Part shown: positions 28,831 through 38,799 of the stretch, in pieces
Position numbering within the stretch: position 1 is the stretch's first letter
Layout of the letters: the number at the start of each line of letters is the position of its first letter
NCBI GenBank assembly: GCA_963773945.1
Contig: CAVZDD010000005.1
Coordinates: forward strand, 377,077 to 441,076
Direction of reading: 5' to 3'
Source of the DNA: an uncultured Thermoplasmata archaeon
GTDB taxonomy: Archaea > Thermoplasmatota > Thermoplasmata > Lutacidiplasmatales > UBA184
DNA: 64,000 nucleotides
Notes under the pieces: model-generated
What the model was told of the DNA's origin: nothing
Database searches by the model: none
Seen by the model: the letters and a program-made list of their open reading frames with translations, nothing else
Translations under genes and position numbers: made by a program

Positions 28831-29943
28831 TTACTCGAGGGGGCGACGCGCTTCGAGAATCTGTCCCCCGTGAGGTCCGGACTCGAAGAACGCAACCACC
28901 TCTGGAGGAAGCCCGGCCGCGCGAGCGAAGCTTCCCATCTCCGGACGATCGACCTTGATCTGTTCAAGACCGGCCGCGCGGGCGAGCGCGGTCAGCTCGT
29001 AATCCTCGTACCAGTGTACCCGGCTGGCGACCGGTTCCGGCGCCGCCGGCGTCCCGCGCAACTCCTTGGTTCCGTTGAACAGCACGAGCCGACCGCCGGG
29101 CTTGAGTACCCGTCGGATCTCCGAGAGACCTTCGACCGGCTGGTCCCAGAAGCCGAAGGAGCCGGTCGTCACCGCGCAGGTGCAGAGGGCGTCCGGGAAA
29201 GGCAAGTTCTCGGCACTGGCCTCCTGGACCTCCAGGCGCTTCTCGTCGACCGCCTGTCGATTCTGTTCTCGCGCGAGTTGGACCATCGTCGGGCTGTGGT
29301 CGATCGCCCACGCCGTGCAGCCGCTCGCGAGGGCGTCTTTCAGAAAGGCCCCCCCGCCACAACCGACCTCGAGCAGGCGGTCGTCGGGTGTAAGATGAAG
29401 GCGTCCGAGGATTGCCAGAAAGTTCGGGCGGTGGTAAATCGGGTCGGCATAGGTTTCCCGGGCTTTTGGTCCGGACGGTCGTCGCGCCACCCGGTCGGTC
29501 CACCAATCTCCGAACGCGAGGGGCGCGGTAGCGGAGAGAATCGAAGGCAGAAGCCCGGAGGCGAACCAACCCAACCGTTCCCGGCCCTCCTGGAGTGGAC
29601 TGGAGGGGGGCCACTCTCCGTACTCGATGGAGATCTTGGTCCCTCCCTCCACTCCCTCGAAACGATAGAGGACAGAAACGAGGGGCGAATCAGCCAGTCG
29701 ATCCACTGGATTCCATGCAAACGCGATCCGTTGGCCACGCTCCCAGGCCGTGACCTTGGCAAACTCACGTTCCTCGCCTCCTGCGCCGGATTGGAGCATG
29801 CGGCCGTCGGGCCCGGGCTCTAGTCGGAGGCCGGAGGACGTCAGAGCGCCGAGCAACTCGGAGACCAGAAAATCGAACGTCGATTCCGGACTTAGGTCCG
29901 GGACTATGAGCTCTAGCCGCAGACTGGGGGCGTTCGTCACCAT
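28831..29943 (-). CDS. fusion protein: N-terminal SRPBCC/AHSA1-like domain + C-terminal class I SAM-dependent methyltransferase
   Basis: LLEVGCGGGAFL SAM motif I and VLKPGGRLVL motif in the C-terminal half; the N-terminal ~150 aa is SRPBCC-like. Confidence 0.7.
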   Translation of the reverse strand: MVTNAPSLRLELIVPDLSPESTFDFLVSELLGALTSSGLRLEPGPDGRMLQSGAGGEEREFAKVTAWERGQRIAFAWNPVDRLADSPLVSVLYRFEGVEGGTKISIEYGEWPPSSPLQEGRERLGWFASGLLPSILSATAPLAFGDWWTDRVARRPSGPKARETYADPIYHRPNFLAILGRLHLTPDDRLLEVGCGGGAFLKDALASGCTAWAIDHSPTMVQLAREQNRQAVDEKRLEVQEASAENLPFPDALCTCAVTTGSFGFWDQPVEGLSEIRRVLKPGGRLVLFNGTKELRGTPAAPEPVASRVHWYEDYELTALARAAGLEQIKVDRPEMGSFARAAGLPPEVVAFFESGPHGGQILEARRPLE

Positions 29944-30011
29944 GGTGCGAGACTAGCCCGGAAGCAGATTAAACGCGCGACTGGTGGACACGGACGGAGC
30001 CAGCCCGCGGC

Positions 30012-30844
30012 TTAGAACGCCTTCCCGAGAACGTCGGCGATGGGCCGAACATCCCGGAGGCGAACCTCGGTGCCGGTCTTGAACGGTCCCCCGGGGACCC
30101 CTTTCTCGACTCGAAGAGTTGCCTGCCCCCAGGCGGCGGGGTCGTTCCCCTGCGGGTGAAGGATCTTCTCGAATGAACGACGATGTTCCGGCGCCGCGTC
30201 GACGAAGCCCATCAGGAATATCGCCCCGGCTTTGACGATCGCCTGGGGAATCCATCCCACGAAAGCAGCTGGGTAGAGCGCCAGGATACGCGGCCCATTG
30301 GACAGGACCGCTGGCATCGGTGGGCCGCCCGGGGGAAGACAAGCGAGAAGTTGCTGCGACCGGGCCGGCAGCATCAGAAAGCCCGGCGCCCTCGCGGCCG
30401 CGCCCCCGGAGGGTGGGCCCGCGCCGACAGGCCCCGTTGCACTGCGGGCGAGCTCGCTCGGATACATGAACCTCGGTTGGCCGGCGGGCTGATGTTCCGG
30501 GCGAACAGGTCGTTCTTGTCAAAGAGCTCGCCGGAGATTCGGCCATCGGTCCACAGGAAACCGGGATACGCGTCGAGGGCCAGCCCGTCGGTAATCCAGT
30601 TGAGTACCGGACGGCTGCTCCCCCCGAGGAAAACGGTGGTGGGGCGATTAAAAAGGGGTCGCAGTGGCACCGCGTTCCTTGACAGCCCATAGAAGCCGCT
30701 CCAGAAATGGAGGTAGCTGAAACTTAGGAACGCGATGGCGGACGGATCTCTGGGGCGGGACCGGAAGGCCGACGCGCGGCTGCAACCAATGTTGCACCCT
30801 ACGGGGTCCTTACACCCAGCCCTTGGAGTAAAAGAAGCCTGCAC
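30012..30844 (-). pseudogene. frameshifted gene of unknown function (two overlapping ORF segments)
   Basis: ORFs 30374..30844 and 30012..30467 both have protein-like, low-Arg composition. They abut in different frames with a ~90-nt overlap. Confidence 0.3.
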
Positions 30845-30958
30845 CCCGCTCCCCCCGGGCTTGGGGTCCGACGAGCTTCAACTACCCTCTCGGCATTCAC
30901 GCTCCGGAAGCCCCGGAGGCCGCCTGAAGGCGACGCCGGAACCACGGAGCAGAGCGGA

Positions 30959-33043
30959 ATGGACCCAACGAGCTTGGAGTACTTCGCCATCGCCCTCTTC
31001 GCGGCGCTCGTCATCGGTGCGTTCCTAGAACGCGGGCTGTACCTGATCCACGAAAACCAAGTCGGCATCGCCACGCGGTCGATTTTCGGTCGCAAGATGC
31101 CTCCGGGGCAGGTCATCGCACGCCATGGGCAAATCGGCGTGCAGGCCGCGACGATGGTCCCGGGACTCTACTTTCGGATGCCCATCGTATGGTCGGTCTC
31201 CAAGGTCCCGATCATCGAAGTGGGTCCGGACAACATCGCCACGGTCGAGTCGATCGATGGACGGCCCCTTCCGCCCGGACGCCGCCTCGGAGACGAAGCG
31301 GATGCCAACCAGTTCCAGGACGGCGAGAAGTTCCTGGACGGGGGTGGATTTAAGGGGCCACAGGTCGGGTTTCTCCGGCCCGGACGCTACCGAGTCAACA
31401 CGAGGCTCTTCGCGACCGGCATAACTCCGGCGATCCGGATCCCCGCCGGAAAGGTAGGGTTAGTGACCGCCCAGGACGGTCGACCCCTCCCCTCGAGACT
31501 GCTCGTCGCGCCCCAGCCCGAACGGGAGGTAACTACCGCATTCCCGAAGGCCCGGGACCATACGTACTTCCAGAACGGCCAGGCCTTTCTCGACAGCGGA
31601 GGATACCGGGGTCCTCAGGCCGATACCATCCAACCCGGAACCTACTACGTGAATCCGCTCCTCTTCGAAGTGGGTGTGATCGACACCTACGAGGTACCGC
31701 CGGGTTTCGTGGCGGTTCTCAGGTCGAATATCGGTGAAGAGCTCGAGCGGCCGGAGGAGAAACCCCTCCCCGTCGCTACCGATCCGGACTTCGACCAGCG
31801 CTTGACGGCGGAGGTCGAGAGCCTGCTCACTACCGACAGGAACAAGCGGGGGATCTGGCGGAATCCGCTGGCCCCCGGTCGTTACAACCTGAACACGAAG
31901 GCGTTCACCGCCTATCTCGTCCCCACGAGCGCGATCATGGTCGACTGGGCAAGCTCCGAACGGCCGAGCGCCCCGAGCATGTCCCGGCCCTCCGCCACTC
32001 CGCAAAAGGACCGTTCCGACTACCCGTACTTGACGGACGAGTCCATCGGGGGGGCTGAGTTCTTCAAGTTCAATCAGTTGAAGGTCACCTCCAAGGATGG
32101 GTTCCAGCTCGAAGTCGACGTTCGAATGGTCATTCGCATCCTTCCCGAGAACGCGGCCTTCGTGATCGCGCGGTTCGGGTCGGTTTTCAACCTGATCCAG
32201 CAGATCGTTCACCCGTTGATCGACGCGGAGTTCCGGAACAACGCCGGCCAGAAACAGGCGCTCGAGTTCGTTCGGAGCCGCTCCCAGCTTCAGGAAGAGG
32301 CCGTTGACAAGGCCCGCCAGGTCTTCCGGAAGTACATGGTCGAGGCGCAGAACCTCCTGATCTCCTATATCCAGGTCGACGAAGCCCTGCTGGCGACGCA
32401 GACGAAGAAGGAGATCGCCGTCCAGGAACAGGCGCAGTACGTGGAGCAGGCTATTGCCGAGGAGCGGCGGATCTCGCTCCAGGCCATGACCGCCCGGGCC
32501 AATCTCCAGCCGCAGGTCGTTCAGGCCGACCTCCAGATCGTCATCAACGAGAACAACGCCAAGGCCGCCGTCAAGCGGGCGGAGGGTATCCGCGATTCCA
32601 CGCGGATCGAGGCAGACGGCCAAGCCGCCGCGATTCGGCGAGTCGGGGAAGCTCAGGGGGATGCCTACCACGCCCAGGCGGACGTGATTGGACCGGACAA
32701 GGTCGCGCTGATCAAAACGGTGGATCTGCTCCAAGCAGGAAAGGTGCGCATCACGCCCGACACCCTGGTAGAGAGCGGCGGAGGCAGCGAGGGACCGAAC
32801 ACCATGTTCTCCGCGTACCTCGCAACCCTCCTGTCCGAGAAGAATTCCCACGGACCGAACAAGCCGTACAGCCCATCCACGGAGCCGGACTATGTGTCGC
32901 CCCTCAACGCCTCGACCCCGGCCCAGGACCCGAGCATTCCGCTACCGGTCGCCCCGCCGATGACCTCTACCCCCGCGGCCCCTCCGGCCCCGAAGCCCAA
33001 AGAACCCAAGGTGACCCGCCAGGCCACCCCCGCGGATACTTGA
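30959..33043 (+). CDS. flotillin-like SPFH/Band-7 domain membrane protein (694 aa)
   Basis: N-terminal TM, SPFH core and a long coiled-coil EA-rich region (AQYVEQAIAEERRISLQA...) typical of YqiK/flotillin. Confidence 0.85.
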   Translation: MDPTSLEYFAIALFAALVIGAFLERGLYLIHENQVGIATRSIFGRKMPPGQVIARHGQIGVQAATMVPGLYFRMPIVWSVSKVPIIEVGPDNIATVESIDGRPLPPGRRLGDEADANQFQDGEKFLDGGGFKGPQVGFLRPGRYRVNTRLFATGITPAIRIPAGKVGLVTAQDGRPLPSRLLVAPQPEREVTTAFPKARDHTYFQNGQAFLDSGGYRGPQADTIQPGTYYVNPLLFEVGVIDTYEVPPGFVAVLRSNIGEELERPEEKPLPVATDPDFDQRLTAEVESLLTTDRNKRGIWRNPLAPGRYNLNTKAFTAYLVPTSAIMVDWASSERPSAPSMSRPSATPQKDRSDYPYLTDESIGGAEFFKFNQLKVTSKDGFQLEVDVRMVIRILPENAAFVIARFGSVFNLIQQIVHPLIDAEFRNNAGQKQALEFVRSRSQLQEEAVDKARQVFRKYMVEAQNLLISYIQVDEALLATQTKKEIAVQEQAQYVEQAIAEERRISLQAMTARANLQPQVVQADLQIVINENNAKAAVKRAEGIRDSTRIEADGQAAAIRRVGEAQGDAYHAQADVIGPDKVALIKTVDLLQAGKVRITPDTLVESGGGSEGPNTMFSAYLATLLSEKNSHGPNKPYSPSTEPDYVSPLNASTPAQDPSIPLPVAPPMTSTPAAPPAPKPKEPKVTRQATPADT

Positions 33044-33110
33044 CGGCGCGCCTCAATCCGGCGGTCCGTGGCCCCCCCGGTCGACGCACGACCGAGCGCG
33101 GCGAACGAAA

Positions 33111-33572
33111 TCAGGCGGTAGAGCCGGCGGACATTTCCGACGGGGGTTTAATGGACGTTCCCTGCGTAGGTTTCCAGGCAGACCACAAAAGCCCGATGCA
33201 GGCACCGAAAGCGACCAGAAACATCACGCCCATTCCGAACGAGTAGATCGGATCGTTGGGAGTGGTGGTGACGAACATCCGTCCAAAGATTCCGGCCAGA
33301 CCGATGGCAATCAATATGACCAGGGCCTGGGCCACGGGTCGCGGATTCTTCGACAGGACCGCCACGATGACCATCACGAGGGCCACGACGCCGACAAGGT
33401 AGCCGAGTGCGATGTGGCCCGCGTACGCGGCTGTGTTAGGAGTGGTCGTGAATATCGCCGGGGCATACGCGCTCGCCCAGAGACCCAGGAGGTACTGGAC
33501 GGCGAGCAGCCCCAATGTGATCCCGGCCAGGACCCCCAAGGCCCGCGGGACCCAGGGTTGGACTTTCGACAC
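33111..33572 (-). CDS. hypothetical 4-TM membrane protein
   Basis: Four hydrophobic helices. Confidence 0.55.
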   Translation of the reverse strand: MSKVQPWVPRALGVLAGITLGLLAVQYLLGLWASAYAPAIFTTTPNTAAYAGHIALGYLVGVVALVMVIVAVLSKNPRPVAQALVILIAIGLAGIFGRMFVTTTPNDPIYSFGMGVMFLVAFGACIGLLWSAWKPTQGTSIKPPSEMSAGSTA

Positions 33573-33674
33573 GCCGGTTGGAGAAATTCCGCGGTAGATA
33601 AGCGGTGGGGCTCTAAGGAACGCCTACCCCGCCGCGTGCGGGTGCAATCTGCATTCAACCCTGACGGCCCAGCG

Positions 33675-34004
33675 TTAGGACTTCCCTGGGGGCCGGTACA
33701 TGGCCTTGCCGGACTTTCCCAGAGCGTCGACCACGTCTTTGGCGGAGTAAAGGCGAGTGGTCTTCGTCGACTTGAGCGCGCCGCTCGCGACGACGGCGAG
33801 CACCGCGGCGTTCGCCGTGGTGTCGTCAGCCAGTTCAAGGATCGCCGTCCCGTCGTACTCACCAAAGTGATAGTAGAGCGCTACGAGTCGCCCGCCGAGA
33901 GACTTGGCGATAGTTTCCACGACACCCGTCCGGTCCTCGGGTTTCTTGACGAGGGCGGCCCAGGAGTCCTGGCTGTAGGCGAACTGTAACATGTAGTGCG
34001 GCAT
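33675..34004 (-). CDS. GYD-domain protein
   Basis: Motifs YYHFGEYDGTAI and LAVVASGA are GYD-family hallmarks. Confidence 0.75.
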   Translation of the reverse strand: MPHYMLQFAYSQDSWAALVKKPEDRTGVVETIAKSLGGRLVALYYHFGEYDGTAILELADDTTANAAVLAVVASGALKSTKTTRLYSAKDVVDALGKSGKAMYRPPGKS

Positions 34005-34200
34005 CGTAATTTTCCTCTCTGTTTTTCCTGCCCGTAGATTCCCGGGCTGGATGGTGCGCGACGGCTTCGGGATAATTCAACCTTCCGCGCAGGAGGCGCC
34101 CTTGCCGAAGGAGAGTCGGCGCCGAAGCTAGTTGCAACCAGCATTGCACCGTGCCCGTCGGCGGTGCGGGGCTTAATCTAACGAATCGGCATCTCGGCCC

Positions 34201-36141
34201 GTGGCCCCGAACCGACGACTCGCCGCACTGATGTTCACCGACATCGTGGGTTACACGGCCCTGACGCAGGCCGATGAATCAACCGCACTGAAGCTCTTGG
34301 AGCGGCACAATGGGCTCCTCCGACCCTTCTTTCCACGGTTCCATGGCCGAGAGATCAAAACAGAGGGAGACAAATTTCTCGTCGAATTCGATAGTGCCCT
34401 CGACGCCACAACGTGCGCGGTCGAACTACAGCGGCTTCTGTACGAGCACAATCTCTCCGCGGGGGCCGATGCCAAGATCGTGATCCGCATCGGAATTCAT
34501 CTCGGCGACGTCGTGCACACCGGCGACGACATCCTGGGGGACTCCGTCAACATCGCCTCCCGCATCGAACCGCTGGCGACACCGGGAGGGATCTGCGTCA
34601 CGGAGCCGGTGTATAGCCAAGTTCGGAACAAGATTCCGAACCGTCTCGAGAAGCTAGCGCCCCAGACTTTGAAGAATGTTCGATTCCCCATCGACGTGTA
34701 TCAGGTGGTCCTCCCATGGTTGGCCGGCGGCGCGTCCCCGGTGGGAGGCGACCACCCTCGGCTTGCTGTCCTACCTTTCTCCAACATCAGTCCGGATCCC
34801 AAGGACGATTACATCTCGGACGGCCTTACGGAGGAGCTGATCACGGTCATTTCGCAATTGCCGGGGGTCCGGGTCATCGCACGAACCTCGGTCATGCAGT
34901 ACCGGGCGACCACCAAGGCGGTGGCCCAGATTGGCGCTGAGCTGGGCGCCTCCTCCATTCTGGAAGGCAGCGTACGAAAGGCCGGGAATCGGCTCCGTAT
35001 CACCGCCCAGCTGATCGACGCAAGTTCCCAAGAACACTTGTGGGCCAGCACCTACGAGCGTGAGCTCAACGATGTGTTCGCCGTCCAGGCCGAGATTGCC
35101 AAGCAGGTCGCGGAAGCGTTGCGAATTGAGCTGCGGCCGCAGGAAGAGGCACGATTGGATACTCGGCGGAGCGTACGGCCCGAGTCTTATCTCGCCTATC
35201 TGAAGGGCCGCGCACTACTGTACCCAGGGTCGCGCAACGGCCAGCTGGCCGCGAAAGAACAATTCGAACTCGCGATCTCGTTAGACCCCCAGAATGGGGC
35301 GGCCTATGCAGGGCTGGCCACCGTTGTTCGAAGGATAGGCTGGTTCTTCGACCCTCGTCCTCGCGAGGTATGGGACGCTGAGGGGCGCCACGCCGCTGCG
35401 AGAGCTCTCGAATTGGAGCCGAACCTTTCCGAGGCCCACACGGCTTTATCGCTGATCTACTGGGACGACTTCGACTACGGGGCGGCCGAACGGGAAGTGA
35501 AGAGGGCTCTAGCACTCAATCCCAGCAACGCCGAGGCACACTACGTCTATGCTATGGTTCTCGAGGACCTAGCTCGGGCGGAAGAGGCGATCGTAGAGCA
35601 CCAGCTCGCTGCGGCCGCAGACCCTCTCGGGGGGGAGACGCTCGACCATTACGCCACATTGCTGATATGGCTCGGTCGAACCGACGAGGCGCTCCCGGTG
35701 ATTGAAAGGCGTAACCGGCTGATTGCGGATCCGAGGCGCTCGCACGACCTCCTGTCGGATTACCACCTAGCCCGCGGGGACCACAAGCGGGCTCTCGAAG
35801 AAGTAGACCTGCAGCTCGCGGAGGGCACTGACCCGGACGACGTCAGTGGCGAGTGGCAAGAACTGACCATCGCCTGGCGTTGCTTCTTGATTGGGGACAA
35901 AACTGGGGCCCGGTCGGTTCTGGCCAAAGTCGAATCTTCCCCTGCGGGCCCACTCTCGCTCTATCTCTGCGGACTGTACTATGCGCAACTCGGGGACATC
36001 GACGGCTGTTTCCGCTGTTGGGAGCGAGCCGCGCGGAACCGAGGCCTTCCGGCCCAAGGTCTGAGACTCGATCCGACCTTGGAGCCGGTGAGAAAGGACC
36101 CTAGGTTTCCGCATCTGTTACACGAACTGGGCCTCGCGTAG
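34201..36141 (+). CDS. class III adenylate/guanylate cyclase fused to TolB-N-like domain and TPR/bTAD repeats (646 aa)
   Basis: Cyclase core (MFTDIVGYTAL...KTEGDKFLVEF...RIGIHLGDV...GDSVNIASR), then LAVLPFSNISPDPKDDYISDGLTEELI, then C-terminal TPR repeats. Confidence 0.85.
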   Translation: MAPNRRLAALMFTDIVGYTALTQADESTALKLLERHNGLLRPFFPRFHGREIKTEGDKFLVEFDSALDATTCAVELQRLLYEHNLSAGADAKIVIRIGIHLGDVVHTGDDILGDSVNIASRIEPLATPGGICVTEPVYSQVRNKIPNRLEKLAPQTLKNVRFPIDVYQVVLPWLAGGASPVGGDHPRLAVLPFSNISPDPKDDYISDGLTEELITVISQLPGVRVIARTSVMQYRATTKAVAQIGAELGASSILEGSVRKAGNRLRITAQLIDASSQEHLWASTYERELNDVFAVQAEIAKQVAEALRIELRPQEEARLDTRRSVRPESYLAYLKGRALLYPGSRNGQLAAKEQFELAISLDPQNGAAYAGLATVVRRIGWFFDPRPREVWDAEGRHAAARALELEPNLSEAHTALSLIYWDDFDYGAAEREVKRALALNPSNAEAHYVYAMVLEDLARAEEAIVEHQLAAAADPLGGETLDHYATLLIWLGRTDEALPVIERRNRLIADPRRSHDLLSDYHLARGDHKRALEEVDLQLAEGTDPDDVSGEWQELTIAWRCFLIGDKTGARSVLAKVESSPAGPLSLYLCGLYYAQLGDIDGCFRCWERAARNRGLPAQGLRLDPTLEPVRKDPRFPHLLHELGLA

Positions 36142-36213
36142 GTGTAACGGCCATTGCACACGCGCCCCTCGAACAGATGATATAGTTCTCATACATGTAA
36201 CAAATGTATATCC

Positions 36214-36459
36214 ATGGCCTCCAAGACGGTTGCCCTCGATGTGGAGGCCTACGAGCTGCTGAAGCGTCAGAAGAAGGCGGACGAGAGTTTTAGCGACGCT
36301 GTCAAGCGACTCGCTCGACCTCGTCGGCCGCTCTCCACCTTCGCGGGCATCTGGAGCGACATGTCCCCGAAAGAACGGGAGGTGGTGGACCGCGTCTACT
36401 CCGTCCAGCGTGAGGCGGACCGGCGCCGGGAGGAGAAAATCCGGAAGATGTGGAGTTAG
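36214..36459 (+). CDS. VapB-type antitoxin
   Basis: 81 aa, immediately upstream of and coupled to the PIN gene. Confidence 0.55.
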   Translation: MASKTVALDVEAYELLKRQKKADESFSDAVKRLARPRRPLSTFAGIWSDMSPKEREVVDRVYSVQREADRRREEKIRKMWS

Positions 36460-36462
36460 GAC

Positions 36463-36849
36463 GTGAAGTGTCTCGACTCTACGTTTTGCATTGACCTCGC
36501 CAACGGGTTGGAAGCCGCACGGGCGAAGGCGGACGAGCTTTCCCAGGCCGGGGAGCGTCTTTCGATCCCAGCACCCGCTCTCACAGAATTCCTCGTGGGG
36601 GCCTTCCACCAAGGCGGTACCCGACTCAAACAGGCCCTGGCGCTCGCTTCGGAGCTGGAGGTTCTTGACGTCACAGAGCCGATCTGCGTGGACGCCGCCC
36701 GCCTGGGGGCGGAGTGTGCGCGTCGTGGATCTCCAGTGGGCACCTTGGACCTCCTCATTGCCGCAACGGCGAAGCATCACCACGCGCCGCTACTTAGTCG
36801 GGACAAGGACTTCAGCCGGATTCCTAACCTGACCATCGAGACCTACTGA
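36463..36849 (+). CDS. vapC: PIN-domain toxin VapC
   Basis: PIN acidic residues (FCIDLAN...E...D...D) and a 128-aa length. Confidence 0.75.
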   Translation: MKCLDSTFCIDLANGLEAARAKADELSQAGERLSIPAPALTEFLVGAFHQGGTRLKQALALASELEVLDVTEPICVDAARLGAECARRGSPVGTLDLLIAATAKHHHAPLLSRDKDFSRIPNLTIETY

Positions 36850-36909
36850 CCCCACCCCGGATGGGGTAGCTGGCACGACCCACGGGGCCCCCCGGGGAAA
36901 AAGGTCGGC

Positions 36910-37299
36910 CTAATCGGTCCGGTTCGATATCACGAATTCATTTCCGTCGGGGTCGGCGACCACCGCCAAAACGAACTTTACCCCGGGGAATTCGATCACC
37001 CGGGGTTCAGTGGTTACCGCGCCGCCGCGTCGCTTGATCTCCGCGCAGGAGGCCGCAGGGTCGGGGTGTCGGAGGATTAAGCCGGTTACCGTACCGGGTT
37101 CTCGCCCGCCTTCATCCCCTCCCTGGATGTGCATCGTCAGGAGTGTCGTCGTGCCCGGTAGGGCGAAGACGGCCCGGTTTCGACTCTCGTTGAAACTCAG
37201 CTCATGGAGACCGAGTACTTCCCGGTAGAACTTCCGCGCCTTCTGGATATCCGAAATGTGGATTGTCACTGCGTGCAGACCCGTGATCACGTCGTCCAT
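36910..37299 (-). CDS. VOC-family (glyoxalase/bleomycin-resistance fold) protein
   Basis: Tandem beta-alpha-beta-beta-beta modules and ADPDGNEF. Confidence 0.75.
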   Translation of the reverse strand: MDDVITGLHAVTIHISDIQKARKFYREVLGLHELSFNESRNRAVFALPGTTTLLTMHIQGGDEGGREPGTVTGLILRHPDPAASCAEIKRRGGAVTTEPRVIEFPGVKFVLAVVADPDGNEFVISNRTD

Positions 37300-37412
37300 G
37301 ATTCTGGATTTTCCGGGCCTTGTTAAGTTCTCCTGGGCCGGACCAGCACCGGGCTCACGGAGCCGTGTTCTAAGGGACTCCGTTCGAGTCGAGCCGGATA
37401 GACGTAGGGAAT

Positions 37413-37709
37413 ATGCCCCCCCCAGCCCACTCGGGGCCGGTGACCAACATGGCGGACGCCATTACAAGTCAGTCGACGATTTCTTCCCACGCGCGAGAGA
37501 ACGATTTGCCCCTCCGAGCCCGCATCGTGGCCTCGATCATCGGGCCGGTGGCCTGGCTTTCTTTCACGCTACTGTACGTGGGATTCTGGGCGAAGGGATT
37601 CACCCTCTTCCAGAGCCTAATCGTGATTCTGGTCTCGATCGTCATCTTGGCGGGCCTGATGGGGGCCCTGTGGGCTTCCTTGGGGTTCCGGTACCGCAAC
37701 TGGACGTAG
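37413..37709 (+). CDS. small 2-TM membrane protein
   Basis: Two hydrophobic helices; the start is uncertain (MADAITS at 37449 is possible). Confidence 0.35.
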   Translation: MPPPAHSGPVTNMADAITSQSTISSHARENDLPLRARIVASIIGPVAWLSFTLLYVGFWAKGFTLFQSLIVILVSIVILAGLMGALWASLGFRYRNWT

Positions 37710-37736
37710 GACCACTAAATCGCGCCGAGGGGGTGC

Positions 37737-38699
37737 CTACAGGGCGCCCCCCACCCCGTCGAGGAAAGTGGCCGAGGGCACGAAGAACAGGTTCCCAGTC
37801 ACGGCCCGACTGAAATCCAGGAGCCGGTCGTAGTTTCCGGGGGGATTGCCCACGAACATATTCTGGAGCATCTGCTCGGTAGTCCGTGGCGAGCGGCTGT
37901 ACCCGATGAAGTAGGTTCCAAACTCTCCCTGGGCCGGGTGGCCGAACGGCATGTTGTCCCGTAGGATCTTGACCTCCTTCCCATGCTCGACAATGGTGGT
38001 CAGCGAGTTGTGGGCGTTGGTGGGTTTGACCGAGTCGTCCAACTCGATGTCGTCTAGCTTCGTGCGACCGACGATGCGCTCCTGTTCCTCTGTCGGGAGC
38101 TTGTTCCACGCCGCGAGGTCGTGGAGATATTTTTGAACGATCACGTAACTCCCAGAGGCGAACGTCGGGTCTTCCGTACCGATGAGCACGGTGTCGATGG
38201 CAGCTTGTCCCTTCGGATTCTCCGTGCCATCGACGAAGCCGATCAGGTCGCGGCTGTCGAAGTATCGGAACCCTTGCACCTCGTCAACCGGCGAGACGGC
38301 AGGCCCAAGGCGAGTCAAGATCTTGGTCTCTAACTCGAAGCAGAGGTCCGCACGGTCCGCCCGGATATGAAACAGGATATCGCCCGGGGTCGAAACGGCG
38401 ACCCGACCCCCAGCTCGGATCTCGCGAAACTCGTGCAATTCGGTCGGCCGCGGCGCTCCGAACAGGTCGTCCCAAGCCCGCGATCCAAATCCCACGACAC
38501 AGGAGAGGCTCTCATGCAATTCCCGGAAGCCTACCGAGCGGACAAGCGAGGCCATGTCGGCACAAACGGTTTGGATAGTGGTGAGGTTCTCGGGACTCCG
38601 GTTGATCGTGACCACCAGGAAGACGGCGGCTCGCGTCAGTGGGCCAGCAACGTCCTGGGGGTCGGCACTGGCGTTCTCGGTTGCCCTAGGGTTCGACAT
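37737..38699 (-). CDS. Dyp-type peroxidase
   Basis: An internal ATG at 38699 was verified (MSNPRATEN...). The C-terminal block GEFGTYFIGY...FF matches the Dyp family. Confidence 0.8.
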   Translation of the reverse strand: MSNPRATENASADPQDVAGPLTRAAVFLVVTINRSPENLTTIQTVCADMASLVRSVGFRELHESLSCVVGFGSRAWDDLFGAPRPTELHEFREIRAGGRVAVSTPGDILFHIRADRADLCFELETKILTRLGPAVSPVDEVQGFRYFDSRDLIGFVDGTENPKGQAAIDTVLIGTEDPTFASGSYVIVQKYLHDLAAWNKLPTEEQERIVGRTKLDDIELDDSVKPTNAHNSLTTIVEHGKEVKILRDNMPFGHPAQGEFGTYFIGYSRSPRTTEQMLQNMFVGNPPGNYDRLLDFSRAVTGNLFFVPSATFLDGVGGAL

Positions 38700-38799
38700 T
38701 TGCGAGGAGAGGTCCAGTGCGCCGCGGGTTGTTAGAGTTTGGAGGGAGGCGGGCGCAACGCGCATTGCAACCGAAGCGGATGACGGCTCGGGGTTTGAG

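Noticed and set aside
34129-34150. The TGCAA dyads as the general promoter (BRE/TATA) of this organism
   Set aside because: Highly expressed-looking genes (ABC importer, surface protein, LUD gene) carry ordinary AT-rich TTTATA boxes and lack the dyad. The dyad is therefore a specific element rather than the basal promoter.
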